Positions 39,276 to 49,183 of a stretch of DNA of 64,000 nt are shown piece by piece (position 1 is the first letter of the stretch; each line of letters begins with the position of its first letter). The notes beneath the pieces were generated by a model. That model ran no database searches and was not told where the DNA came from. It saw only the letters and a list, made by a program, of their open reading frames with translations. The DNA is taken from contig CAVYJM010000008.1 of the NCBI GenBank assembly GCA_963768855.1, forward strand, positions 8,664 through 72,663, read 5' to 3'. Source of the DNA: an uncultured Thermoplasmata archaeon (lineage in GTDB: Archaea > Thermoplasmatota > Thermoplasmata > RBG-16-68-12). The translations under genes and the position numbers were made by a program.

Positions 39276-40436
39276 GTGGTTCGGCGAGGGGTGCCCGATG
39301 AAGCGTCGAGGCTGTACCTGCGCCTCGCCTACTCTCTGGATCGCCGATCCCGCAAGAAGGACGGCACCCGCCTCGTCCCCTGGGACCTGGATCCGGTGCG
39401 GCTGCCGCCGCTGAGGACGTGGCCGGACGTCGACGAGGCGCACCGCCGCTTGGTTTCGCTGACCCGGCGCATGCCGAACGGGTTCCGACGGGAGTGGCTC
39501 CAGGACCACCTGCCGACGCTCCGGGCGCTGATTGCGATGGTCCAGGGGCACGTCCCGGACCTCCCCCACCAGGTGCGCGAGTTCTACTCGCTCCCGGCCC
39601 GCCCCGCCAAGGAGGAGGAGCTCGAGAGCCTGCGGGTCCGCGTGCGGCGCGTGCTCCACGTGTCCCGGGACGACGAGGTGCGCGCGGCCGTGGAGGCCTG
39701 GGAGAAGGACCACCGAGTCCCCTCCGATGCGGTCCTCCTCACCATGGACAAATACCTGCGCCAAGCGCGCCAGGGGTCGCGGCGGCTCTTCGAACTTCCG
39801 CGGACGGAGCGCGTCCGGCTCGTGCCCATGCGCCGCAGCCGGAACAGCGGGTACTGCCTGTACACCCCGGAATACCAGAGCCAGGTCAAGCTGAACACGA
39901 CGCTGCCCTGGACCTGGCCGGCCCTCCGCGACATGGCGACCCACGAGGCCTACCCGGGCCACCATGTACACCAGACCACGCGGGAGTTCGAGTACCTCCA
40001 GGGAGACTTCCCCCGCGAGGCCGCGGTCAGCATGGCCGCGGACCCGATGGGCCCCGTCGAGGAGGGCCTCGCGGAGAACGGGCTCGTCTTCATCCACTGG
40101 GACCGGACGAAGGAGGACCGGCTCACGCTGCTGCTGAACCGGCTGCGCTGGGGGACGGAGGTCAACTTGGCCTGGATGGTCCACCGCGAGGAGCCGCGGC
40201 GAGAGCTCCTCCACTATGCGATGCACTCCGGTCTCGTGGACTGGCAGCAGGCCGTGCGCGACGTGAAGTACGCCGGGAACCGGGCGTGGGCCTCCTACGC
40301 GTTCTGCTATTGGTACGGGACCGCGATGATCCGCCGGAAGTACGAAAGCATGGACGGCGATCCGACCTTCTTCGACGTGCTCTACTGGAAACCGTACACC
40401 GTCCGCCTCCTCGAGAAGGCGTTCCGCCGCATCTGA
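39276..40436 (+). CDS. DUF885-like putative zinc metallopeptidase
   Basis: MATHEAYPGHH (DUF885-type HExxPGH), followed by VEEGLAE and YAFCYWYG. Confidence 0.7.
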   Translation: MVRRGVPDEASRLYLRLAYSLDRRSRKKDGTRLVPWDLDPVRLPPLRTWPDVDEAHRRLVSLTRRMPNGFRREWLQDHLPTLRALIAMVQGHVPDLPHQVREFYSLPARPAKEEELESLRVRVRRVLHVSRDDEVRAAVEAWEKDHRVPSDAVLLTMDKYLRQARQGSRRLFELPRTERVRLVPMRRSRNSGYCLYTPEYQSQVKLNTTLPWTWPALRDMATHEAYPGHHVHQTTREFEYLQGDFPREAAVSMAADPMGPVEEGLAENGLVFIHWDRTKEDRLTLLLNRLRWGTEVNLAWMVHREEPRRELLHYAMHSGLVDWQQAVRDVKYAGNRAWASYAFCYWYGTAMIRRKYESMDGDPTFFDVLYWKPYTVRLLEKAFRRI

Positions 40437-40443
40437 GGCCGAT

Positions 40444-41421
40444 TCAGGCGGGCGGCCCCTCGTCGCGGAATCCATGGGCCAGCTCGGCGACGTAGTCCTT
40501 GGCCGGGACGAACCCGTACGTGCAGATCCCGACGACCACCCCGCTCGTTGGCGCCGCGACCGCCTCAAGCTCCCTCCCCAGGAGGTCCGTGACCTGGCCG
40601 AGGGTCGCGCCGCTTCGGACCGAGGCGGCGGGCTCGACCTCGCGACGCCACAATCCCTCGCGGCGGTTCCGGATGATCGTGAATCCCTCGAACACCTGGT
40701 ACGACGGGAGGAGACGGGGCGACCCGGCGACGACGCCGACATGGGCCAGCGCGCCGCGGACGGCGGCCGCCATGGAATCGATCCACGTGGGCTCGGCCTT
40801 CCCTTCTCCCGCCATCTCGATGAGGACGGCCGGTTTGCCCTTCCGCGCCGCGGCCGTGATCAGAGCGCCCTCCAGGATCGATCCCTGATGCGCCCAGATG
40901 TATCGGAGGCCACAGGCCTTGGCCAAGTCCGAGGACGCATCGTCCACGGGCTGGCCCGTCCGCGGGTACGCCGTAAATGGCTCCTGCATGAAGCGGTTCC
41001 CGCCGCTGTGAAGGTCGACGACGAACTGGCTCCGGCCAAGCAGTTCGATCGCCGCCCACGAGGTCAGGTGTGAGGCCGCGGTTCCCTCGGAGTCGGGCTC
41101 CCAGATGCGGTTGAGGTCGGCGGGCCGGTCCGGATCCTCCCGCTGCATCGCCCGGATTCCACCGGGGTTCAGCGCAGGAGTCAGGATCAGGCGCCCCCGG
41201 ACGGCGGCCGGGTCCAGCTCCCGGAGCAGCCGGACGACCGTGGCGGGACCGAGGTACTCGTCCCCGTGGAGCGCCGCATTGACCCAGACCGTGGGCCCGG
41301 AAGTGGCGCCCTGCAAGACCGCAAGGGGGATCGCGAGCCGCGGTCCGCTCGACTCGCGAGGCAATTCGACACTCCCGAGTCGCTTGCCGACGCCGCCGTC
41401 GAGGATGTCGTCGGAATCCAC
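40444..41421 (-). CDS. Succinylglutamate desuccinylase/aspartoacylase (M14-like) family hydrolase
   Basis: AALHGDEYLG, NPGG, DLNR, VVDLHSG, LIEMAGE, C-terminal biotinyl-like domain; GTG start after GGGAGA. Confidence 0.88.
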   Translation of the reverse strand: MDSDDILDGGVGKRLGSVELPRESSGPRLAIPLAVLQGATSGPTVWVNAALHGDEYLGPATVVRLLRELDPAAVRGRLILTPALNPGGIRAMQREDPDRPADLNRIWEPDSEGTAASHLTSWAAIELLGRSQFVVDLHSGGNRFMQEPFTAYPRTGQPVDDASSDLAKACGLRYIWAHQGSILEGALITAAARKGKPAVLIEMAGEGKAEPTWIDSMAAAVRGALAHVGVVAGSPRLLPSYQVFEGFTIIRNRREGLWRREVEPAASVRSGATLGQVTDLLGRELEAVAAPTSGVVVGICTYGFVPAKDYVAELAHGFRDEGPPA

Positions 41422-41791
41422 AGGTCTCCCGCCCACGTTCCGGTTCGCGCGGGGAACGGGCGTGGCGGCATGAAGGTTGCCGCGATGCGGCCGTCCATGG
41501 AGGGAATGGCCTGGAACCACACTACGGCCGAGGATGTCAAATTGTGACGCATCCGTGCGGCCGCGAAACACACTTCGTGACAACCGTTTACAAAGGACTA
41601 TAGCCTTGCGCCGCATTCCGTCAAGTACAAGCATCCCTCCACAACGAGGCGCCCGGGCTTGTCGGCGAGCAATCGCCGCCGGGCTGCCTCCTTTATTATT
41701 GACCCAGGGCCCGGCGCAAGCCTTCCCCGGCGGCAATCCACCGAAACCTTTCAATCCTCCGAGGCCGGTCCTTGTCGGAACGAGGACATCC

Positions 41792-42403
41792 ATGGCGGTC
41801 TGCCCGAACTGCGGCCACAGCAAGTTCCTGCTCGCACCGCTGAGCTGCGACGGATGCCGCAAAGTCGGCTGCGAGCGCTGCCTGGGCGTCTACGCTCACA
41901 CCTACCCCGTTGCTGGCCGTCCCCCGATCGCGCACCGCATCTGCTCTTGGGAGTGCTTCGACCGCCTCGCCTCCTACAACATCGGCCGCGGGCTGACGAT
42001 GGCCTCCTCGGGCGGCGCGTGGTACATCGGCAGCTATCAGCTCGTCCCGCGGGCGGCGCAGCGCGCGGTGCGCATCCGGGCCCAGAACTACGTCCTCGCG
42101 GAACGCCACGAGGACGCTGCGCGCCTCTACGAGAGCGTCGGCATGTGGAAGGAAGCGGGCGACACGCGGCGCCTCAAGGCCCGTCAGGTCGTCACCCAGA
42201 TCCACGTGAACGTGAACGACCTCGTGAGCCAGCTGAGGGCCATGGGCGTGACCGCGACGTACACGTGCCCGGCATGTCACAGCCCCATCGAGATCACGCC
42301 CGACACGAAGCCCGACGCGCTCGCGAAGTGCGCGTACTGCGGCGCGGTCATTCTGCCGACGGACCTGATCCAGGCCATCTCCAAGGTCGTCGGCTTGCGC
42401 TGA
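41792..42403 (+). CDS. Multi-zinc-finger hypothetical protein
   Basis: CPNC, CDGC, CERC, CSWEC, CPAC and CAYC, plus a TPR-like helix pair (EDAARLYESVGMWKEA). Confidence 0.8.
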   Translation: MAVCPNCGHSKFLLAPLSCDGCRKVGCERCLGVYAHTYPVAGRPPIAHRICSWECFDRLASYNIGRGLTMASSGGAWYIGSYQLVPRAAQRAVRIRAQNYVLAERHEDAARLYESVGMWKEAGDTRRLKARQVVTQIHVNVNDLVSQLRAMGVTATYTCPACHSPIEITPDTKPDALAKCAYCGAVILPTDLIQAISKVVGLR

Positions 42404-42428
42404 GGGCCGCAGCCCACCGGCCCGGGCT

Positions 42429-43397
42429 CTACCACAGGGAGAACGCGGGGCGCTCCCCGTTGATGACCTGTCCCGTGGAGCCGTCGATCAGGATGAACAT
42501 CTGCTTCCCCTTGTGGGCATACTGCATGAACCAGACGGGGATGTGCACGAGCTCGCCGTCGAAGCTCGTGGGATTCACGTTGATCGACTGCAGGTTGTCC
42601 ACGCGGGAACGGGCCTGTTTCTCCGCGAGCTGGTGGGCGAAGGAGCCGGCCTGACCCTTGGCCTCCGCCTCGGAGACATCACCGCTCTGGACCTCGACGC
42701 CGCCGGTCTGGCGCTTGTCGAAGTTCGCCTTGCCCTGGAGCTGGAACTGGAATCCCTCCTTGGGCTGGTACTGGTTGTACCCGCGGACTGCGACGACCGG
42801 GATGTTCTGCTGGAACTGGATTCGGTCGTGAACGGGCACCTGCTCCGTGATCGTTGTCCACTGTCCGTTCCGCTGGACCGACTTCGACACGTTCTTCGTC
42901 CCCGAGAACTCCGCCACGACGGACGTGGGCACGATCCAGTACGGGACATACTTCAGGACGACCTGGCCCAGCTCGGACCGTTCCGCCACCTTGCGCCGGA
43001 AGAGGCCCTTGTTCAGCCACTGTCCTCCGGCGTTCATCGCGCTCTCGTTGTTGAGCTTGTTGTCGAGCATGTAATGCTTCTGGAACACCTCGGCCGTACC
43101 GCTGGCGGCCATGGCGGTTACCGCTCCGCAGTACTCGCATACCACGAGGGCGGTCCCTGCGGAGGGCTGCAACGAGCCGCCGCACGAGTTGCACTTCAGG
43201 CTCTGGGGCAGGGGCGGAGGCGCGGCGGGCGCCTGAACCGGAGCGACGGATTGCGGGGCCGGGTAGCCCGGAACGCCGGGGGCCATGGGCACGCCCGGTG
43301 CGGGTGCCGGCGCCGGGACGACGCCTTGCCGCCCGCCACACAGGTTGCAGAATACCGATCCGTCCGCGATCCGGCCGCCACACTGATTGCAGAACAT
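42429..43397 (-). CDS. Zinc-ribbon domain protein with Pro-rich linker
   Basis: FCNQCG...FCNLCG, P/A-rich linker, CNSCGG...CEYCG, KYVPYW...HIPVW C-terminal domain. Confidence 0.85.
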   Translation of the reverse strand: MFCNQCGGRIADGSVFCNLCGGRQGVVPAPAPAPGVPMAPGVPGYPAPQSVAPVQAPAAPPPLPQSLKCNSCGGSLQPSAGTALVVCEYCGAVTAMAASGTAEVFQKHYMLDNKLNNESAMNAGGQWLNKGLFRRKVAERSELGQVVLKYVPYWIVPTSVVAEFSGTKNVSKSVQRNGQWTTITEQVPVHDRIQFQQNIPVVAVRGYNQYQPKEGFQFQLQGKANFDKRQTGGVEVQSGDVSEAEAKGQAGSFAHQLAEKQARSRVDNLQSINVNPTSFDGELVHIPVWFMQYAHKGKQMFILIDGSTGQVINGERPAFSLW

Positions 43398-43595
43398 GAA
43401 TACGCCTCGAGTTCAAGCCTCGTCAGCCGCGGAGGTTGGCTTAATCATGTTCAGGTGGTTATCCGGGCCCGGATCGACGCTGCCGCCATGCTCCTCCTTT
43501 CCACGGGAGCGCCCAGGGCAGGATTCGTTCTTATGGAGGGTCCGGTACAGATTTCGGGCGTTTCGCGAAACCGTGACCGCGATTGGACTCTCGGC

Positions 43596-44156
43596 TCCCG
43601 TCCCAGCATGCCGGGTCTCGTAAGACCCGGCCCTTTCCCCTTTTCCCGGCGGTTCGCCGTCGTGCGGAGTTGCTCTATACCTGTCAAATCCGCGTCAATG
43701 GACGGGTAGTTGCCAGAACTCAAGACCGACGCCTACCGATGTCCTGTCCCCGCATGAGCCGGGAGACCCCCGGCTCCCTTTCCTCTCTTCCCCCAATGTT
43801 TCGCCTTCGCGCGGTTTCGCCCTACATCATCGGAACCCTGGTCAACGAACAAGGAAATGGCCGGCAGTGACTAGGTGCTGATGCCACGCTTGCCGATGTC
43901 CTGTCCTAGCATGAGCCAGGTGCGTCCCGGCTCCCTTTCTCATGTTGTCATCCGTCAAAGCTCACTCAGCCTGGCGCGGCCCAGATCCGCAGGCACTTGG
44001 ACCCAATCCATAGAAATCGAGGCTCGATCAACTGGAATTTAGGATTCGCGGCTCGACGACTCGAGATCGCGTGCGGCGGCATTTTAGCGATGCGTGGGAA
44101 GCTTCGACGCCGGCCTGTTCCCTGCTGCCGGGTCACGAGACCCGCCCCCCTTCCCC
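43596..44156. repeat. Array of four degenerate ~45-bp hairpin plus pyrimidine-tract repeats
   Basis: Copies start at about 43596, 43742, 43899 and 44114. Consensus TCCYGTCCYNGCATG(A)GCCGGG-loop-CCCGGC(T)CCCTTTC. Copies 2 and 3 match at 40 of 47 positions (43736-43782 vs 43893-43939). Confidence 0.75.
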
Positions 44157-44803
44157 ATCTTCGTGAACCGGAACGCGCCTCTATGACACTCCTGCCCCTC
44201 GCAGGGTCACCGCCTAAGCTTCTTTGGAGCAGTCGTTCAGGAGGAGTCACACGCGGGGAGGGTCGAAATGCTGCCACGGTCAAAGGATACACCGGAATCG
44301 GCCTTCCCGGCAGAGGTGCGGACTCAGCCTGCGAGACATCCGGGCGAAAGAGCGGAGCGGGATTCCCGCCGCCTCCCAACGTACCCTCCGGGGGATGCGA
44401 AACCCCTTGGCATGAATCCCTCTGAGGGCCGGATGGGTGTTGAACCTGGCGGGTCGAATCGTCCTTCGCACTCATGGCCCGGAGGAAGTCGGGATCATCC
44501 TCTACAACGGGGTCGGGAGTTGTCGGCGGCTGAACCTCTAGAATCTCAGTAGGCGTGTGGTAGAAGCCCGAATCGACGACACTATCCGATAGCTGCCAGG
44601 GCGGGAGCGAGGCTCCCTGCTGAAACTGGCGCATTGCTGTACCAGACAGCATCAGTGACCCGCGGCGGGCATCGCTACCAAGACTACGAACCTTCCGACT
44701 ATGGGCCCCAGTCCCCCATCCCCAGTTGTGCTGCAAATGAAATCCCGGAAGCGCAACACGCCGGTCTGCCGACGTTCATCGCCCCATGATGCCAAGGCTT
44801 CCC

Positions 44804-45412
44804 TCAGGCTTTCTTGGGTGGCGAAGCTGGCTTTGGCATGGTGGAACGTAGGGTCTTCCGCAGCTCGCGCATGCGCCCAAGAAATCGTTCAAACTCAGCT
44901 TCTGATGCGGTCATAAGGTACGTGTACTCGAGCAGTTCCTGCTTGACGAACGGGCCAACGTCCGTGAGCGCGTCAATTCGCTCCGCCCACGAGGAAGCGC
45001 TCTCGGGCCCTTTCATGGTCTGCATTATCTGCACCACTCGCGTGACCACTGACGGCTCTATGCTTCCTCCGATTCCAAGCCTTCCCAAAGCGCCCAACGC
45101 TTCGCTGACCTGTTGCTTCAGGATTTTTCCGCCCCCGGATTTCCCATGGGTGAGGTTGAACACCTCGGCGGTCGCGCGGTAGTACGTCTCGATGAGGTGG
45201 TCCACCCGCTTCTCCCGCGCAATCTCTACCATGTCAATGTCCTTCAGCTTGCGGATGTGGTGGTAGATGGCTTGAGGCGTCAGCTTCAACTGCTCCGCGA
45301 TCTGGGCGACGGTCATCTCCTTCGCCCGGAGGAGATAGATGATTCGTCTGCGCGTTTCGTCCGCGAGGAGCTGGAAGGCCTCGGGGTCCGTAATCACCTT
45401 GAAAGACCGCAC
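44804..45412 (-). CDS. ArsR-family winged-HTH transcriptional regulator
   Basis: LLADETRRRIIYLLRAKEMTVAQIAEQLKLTPQAIYHHIRKL..IDMVEI; GTG start after GAGGG. Confidence 0.88.
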   Translation of the reverse strand: MRSFKVITDPEAFQLLADETRRRIIYLLRAKEMTVAQIAEQLKLTPQAIYHHIRKLKDIDMVEIAREKRVDHLIETYYRATAEVFNLTHGKSGGGKILKQQVSEALGALGRLGIGGSIEPSVVTRVVQIMQTMKGPESASSWAERIDALTDVGPFVKQELLEYTYLMTASEAEFERFLGRMRELRKTLRSTMPKPASPPKKA

Positions 45413-46327
45413 GCTGCCCTCAAGTTGAATGATATGGTAGGCCGGCATAAAGCAGTTTCCCTCGCCAGCAGAGAGTCTGCCCAAGCCATTTGCCTCGAGA
45501 CGCGTTCAACCTCGGTCAGGACAGAGCCTGGGCAGGAGCGCCGAGAAACATCAACCCGCCGATCCAGCACTGCGCTGCAAGTTAGAGGCGTAGCATCGAA
45601 AGCGTTGGCAACGGGATTCCGTCCGCCCAAATCTTCCGCATCTCGCGAGGCTCTCCCGGCTAGACTCCATCAGGAACTCGTGAGACTTCCTGATAAGACC
45701 AGTCGGACAGGTTTCCAGAGCACCGGTGAGCAACCGGAGAGCGGAAAGCACGGATCTTCTGCTCTTGGCCATAATCATGCTCGCCCTGGCACACTGCGAA
45801 ACTTGGGCCACGGCTTCGAGTCGCATGGGAACCGTCGGAGTAGCGGGCGACTTGCAGGGGCACCTTAGAACTTTGGATGGGGCGGCCATTGCCTGCGAGG
45901 AGAGCTGTGGGCATAGCGCGGTGGTCGCAAACATAAGGCCGACGGCAATTCTCGCCCGCCTGTTCGGGGCCTCTGGCGAGCAGTAGGACTTCGTCTTCAC
46001 TTCGGGTTCGGTCTGTACTGGCCTAATCGAACCGAAGATCCCCAATATCCTGGATGAGGAGAGGTGCCGCGCTGGGGGGGCATTCCCCCCGCGACTACGG
46101 CACTGGCGGAGCCGAGGCGAGCCACGCTCGACCGCCTCAAGTGGTCCACAATTGTCCAACGGCGAATCGCCACAGGCGCATGACCGCTGAAGCTTCCCAA
46201 CGGCAAGGGGTGTGCAAGCCATCGGCGGGGCCAGGGGCCATGAGGATTGTCCTCGGAGACAATCCCGCTCCAGACACCGGTCTCGTTGGAATTACGGAGC
46301 GCTTAAGTAGCCCCATGGAGGTTCTCA

Positions 46328-47116
46328 TTGGGGGGGCCGGACGTGACACACTGGGCCCGAATCGCGATAGAGCATAAGGATTGCTGGGGAGCCAACCTCG
46401 TTTCAGATCCCCGCGTCCGCGATGTGAGGTTTTGGTCGGGGTTGAAGGTTGACCCGCATCGGGTGCTGGGGAGTATGACTGTGCGGACGAATCGGAAGCT
46501 GGACCTGCTGGATTTCAATCCGTACAAGCTAGAGTACTGCAGAGCGCGCGAAGCTCAGCTTGATGGCAAAACCTGGCAATACTACGTCGAGTTCATGTTG
46601 TATGAGAAGGCGGACGAGACAACCGCCGACATGCTCTTCCAGGCAGGTTGCCTCTTCCAGCCGCCTGCTATCGTCAGAGGCCGATACGAGCTCCAGACGA
46701 TGCTTGCTCCGTCTTCAGACAACATTCGCCGTTTGTTCCGTCTGCTCAAGCGAAATAAGCGTGACTACAAGACGTTAGGCATTCGCGAGGTCGAACCGGG
46801 TCCTCGGATGCTGTTCACCGTTGAGGAGAGCGGAATCCTTACCCCCAAACAGCTCGACGCGATTCGGATAGCTTTCAAGCGAGGCTTCTATAGCTACCCT
46901 CGGAAGATCCGAATCTCGGACCTGGCAAAGGAAGCAGGATCTGCGCGCTCCACCTTCCAAGAACATCTCCGGCTTGCTGAAATAAGGCTGATCACCCACA
47001 CGTTCCAAACGGAAGATCCATTTAGCGTCTCACCCGTGCCGGAGGAGCTCGATCGGAAACCTCGACCTAACTCTCGGCGTGCGCACACTTCCAGCAAGCC
47101 GACAGAATCGCACTGA
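46328..47116 (+). CDS. Bacterio-opsin-activator-type HTH_10 transcriptional regulator
   Basis: C-terminal LTPKQLDAIRIAFKRGFYSYPRKIRISDLAKEAG.ARSTFQEHLRLAE; N-terminal IEH.DCW; GGAGGT 5 nt before the TTG. Confidence 0.85.
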   Translation: MGGPDVTHWARIAIEHKDCWGANLVSDPRVRDVRFWSGLKVDPHRVLGSMTVRTNRKLDLLDFNPYKLEYCRAREAQLDGKTWQYYVEFMLYEKADETTADMLFQAGCLFQPPAIVRGRYELQTMLAPSSDNIRRLFRLLKRNKRDYKTLGIREVEPGPRMLFTVEESGILTPKQLDAIRIAFKRGFYSYPRKIRISDLAKEAGSARSTFQEHLRLAEIRLITHTFQTEDPFSVSPVPEELDRKPRPNSRRAHTSSKPTESH

Positions 47117-47121
47117 AGCAC

Positions 47122-47135
47122 CCGGCCATGGCCGG
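47122..47135. promoter_or_regulatory. Palindromic candidate operator upstream of the ABC operon
   Basis: Perfect 14-bp palindrome CCGGCCATGGCCGG (CGGC-N4-GCCG core), followed after a short spacer by GGTAAG. Confidence 0.55.
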
Positions 47136-47215
47136 CCATAGCGGTAAGAAGGGAGGCAGGATTCGAGTGATGACTTCCATCATTGTGGACCGGATGGTTC
47201 AGGGGTGAGACTGGC

Positions 47216-48250
47216 TTGATCTCTAGCTTCCTGAGATTCGCGATCAGGAGAATCATCCTAGTAATCCCTGTGTTGTTCGGAATCAGCGTAATCATTTTCA
47301 TCCTGACAAGATCCATCGGGAATCCAGTCTCTGTCTACATTACGAATCCGCAAGGACTGACCCCAGCGGCAATTCAAGAGTTAATCAAGATCCACCATCT
47401 TGATCAACCCCTCTACATTCAGTATTTCTACTGGCTCAGCGACGCATTCCATGGCGATCTCGGATACTCTGTGTCGGCAGGACTGCCGGTAACCGCTGCA
47501 ATCCTGGCTTTCTTTCCAAACACAATCGAGCTGACGTCGGTATCACTTGTACTCGCGGTACTCTTTGGAATCGCCTCGGGGAAGTACTCAGCGGTCCACC
47601 GGAATCGCCCCGGCGACCATGCACTTCGTGTCGTTGCGCTGTACGGTGTGTCAACACCGGTTTTCTGGCTTGGCATCCTCTTGCTATATTTCTTCTTCGG
47701 CACGCTCGGAATTGCCGCTTTCTCGCCGGGCCCATACACTCAATCCCTGTTTATCAACCATGATATCAAACTCTACACCCGCTTTCTCATCATCGATGCA
47801 ATCCTCAATGGTGATCCTGCGTTCCTCCTTGACGTGCTCACTCACCTGCTTCTGCCCGCGCTGGCTCTTTCGTATGCCTCAATGGCCATAATCATGCGAA
47901 TGATGCGCTCCTCGATGCTGGAAGTGCTCGGCCAGCAGTATGTTCAGGTCGCCCGGGCCAAAGGGTTGACGTCGAAACAGGTGATCCAACGTCATGTGAT
48001 GCGCAACGCCATGCTCCCCACCACCACAGTCATCGGGTTATCCGCAGGGTTTCTGCTAGGTGGTTCGGTTCTTGTTGAGACCGTCTTCAGTTACCCCGGG
48101 CTTGGCTTCTGGGCAGCAGCGGCGATCCTTCGACTCGATCACGCAGCAGTCGTGGGTCTGGCCCTGTTGGCAGGTATCGTGTACGTTACGATTAACCTCG
48201 TGGTGGACATCGCCTACGCCTACTTGGATCCGCGCGTTTCTCTCGGTTGA
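47216..48250 (+). CDS. Peptide ABC permease (OppB/DppB-like)
   Basis: IRRIILVIPVLFG, LDQPLYIQY, QYVQVARAKGL, AYAYLDPRV; TTG start after GGGGTGA. Confidence 0.92.
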   Translation: MISSFLRFAIRRIILVIPVLFGISVIIFILTRSIGNPVSVYITNPQGLTPAAIQELIKIHHLDQPLYIQYFYWLSDAFHGDLGYSVSAGLPVTAAILAFFPNTIELTSVSLVLAVLFGIASGKYSAVHRNRPGDHALRVVALYGVSTPVFWLGILLLYFFFGTLGIAAFSPGPYTQSLFINHDIKLYTRFLIIDAILNGDPAFLLDVLTHLLLPALALSYASMAIIMRMMRSSMLEVLGQQYVQVARAKGLTSKQVIQRHVMRNAMLPTTTVIGLSAGFLLGGSVLVETVFSYPGLGFWAAAAILRLDHAAVVGLALLAGIVYVTINLVVDIAYAYLDPRVSLG

Positions 48251-49183
48251 TTGCCCATGAACCAACGCCTCGCCTCATATGCTAAAGCCCTCCGAGCACG
48301 AGCGAAAGGAATGCAGGACATGCTGAAGCTGCTACGCAAGAATCCGCTTGCAATGATTGGGATAACTATCGCCGTCGTGTTGCTGGCAGTCGCAATCCTC
48401 GCGCCCATCCTGGCACCACCCGGGCCTGGAGACCCATACCAAAGGCCTCGAACATGGCTGCAGCCTCAGCCACCAGGAACGCCCGGGCACATCCTCGGAA
48501 CAGGCGTAAACGGTGCCGACATCTACTATGGGCTGGTCTGGGGGACCCGCGTTTCTCTGCAAATCTCCTTGTACGTCGTCGGGGCGGCCTTGCTCATTGG
48601 CCTCTTGCTGGGGGGCATCGCTGGCTACTTTGGTCGGTGGATTGACGAGGCCATCATGCGCACTACGGACCTCTTCATCGCGATTCCGGGGTTAATTCTC
48701 GCCATGGCGGTCGCGAGTGCCCTGGGCAGGAGCATTCAGAATATCATGATTGCGTTGATAGTCGTCTGGTGGCCAGCCTATGTCCGAATCTTCAGGAGTC
48801 AAGTCCTGGTGACGAAGCAAAGCCAGTATATCGAAGCTGCAAGATGCTCGGGGGCTTCGTCGTGGCGGATTATTCTCCGCCACATCATTCCGAATTCGGT
48901 CGCGCCACTGATGGTACAGGCCTCACTTGACCTTGGTGTAGCTATCTTGGTGGCCGCCGGGCTTAGCTTTATCGGCTTCGGTGCGTCGCCAGGCTACTCG
49001 GAGTGGGGACTCATGATCGCAGAGGGGAGGGACTACATCTCGCAAGGATTCTGGTGGATGGTAGTCTTCCCTGGTCTGGCGATTAGCATCTTCGTGCTCG
49101 GATTCAACTTGCTCGGCGACGGACTTCGGGATATACTTGACCCGAAGTTGAGGAGTCTGATGTATGGGGAGATTGCTGCTTAA
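48251..49183 (+). CDS. Peptide ABC permease (OppC/DppC-like)
   Basis: HILGTGVNGADIY, QYIEAARCSGAS, SEWG, GDGLRDILDP. Confidence 0.92.
   Translation: MPMNQRLASYAKALRARAKGMQDMLKLLRKNPLAMIGITIAVVLLAVAILAPILAPPGPGDPYQRPRTWLQPQPPGTPGHILGTGVNGADIYYGLVWGTRVSLQISLYVVGAALLIGLLLGGIAGYFGRWIDEAIMRTTDLFIAIPGLILAMAVASALGRSIQNIMIALIVVWWPAYVRIFRSQVLVTKQSQYIEAARCSGASSWRIILRHIIPNSVAPLMVQASLDLGVAILVAAGLSFIGFGASPGYSEWGLMIAEGRDYISQGFWWMVVFPGLAISIFVLGFNLLGDGLRDILDPKLRSLMYGEIAA

Noticed and set aside
40444-41862. 472-aa ORF-track version of the ASPA-family gene
   Set aside because: The first ~147 codons overlap the divergent gene's upstream region and lack homology; GTG 41421 has an SD.
634-42654. Many long antisense or alternate-frame ORFs (e.g. 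634-2394, 30426-32045, 33049-34932, 34900-36957, 38991-40742)
   Set aside because: They are shadow ORFs of real genes in GC-rich DNA; R/P/G/A-rich with no family motifs.
43596-44156. CRISPR array interpretation of the hairpin repeats
   Set aside because: The repeats are degenerate, the spacers are long and unequal (about 100-170 bp), and no cas genes are present.
44200-44700. RNase P or SRP RNA in the gene-free stretch
   Set aside because: The conserved GAGGAAAGUCC (RNase P) and SRP helix-8 motifs were not found on either strand by eye.
43966-44736. 256-aa minus-strand ORF
   Set aside because: No recognisable motif, and composition is unlike genuine genes here; left unannotated.
45883-45894. 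CGGCCATTGCCT near-match to the island operator
   Set aside because: One mismatch and not positioned near an identifiable gene start; compatible with chance.
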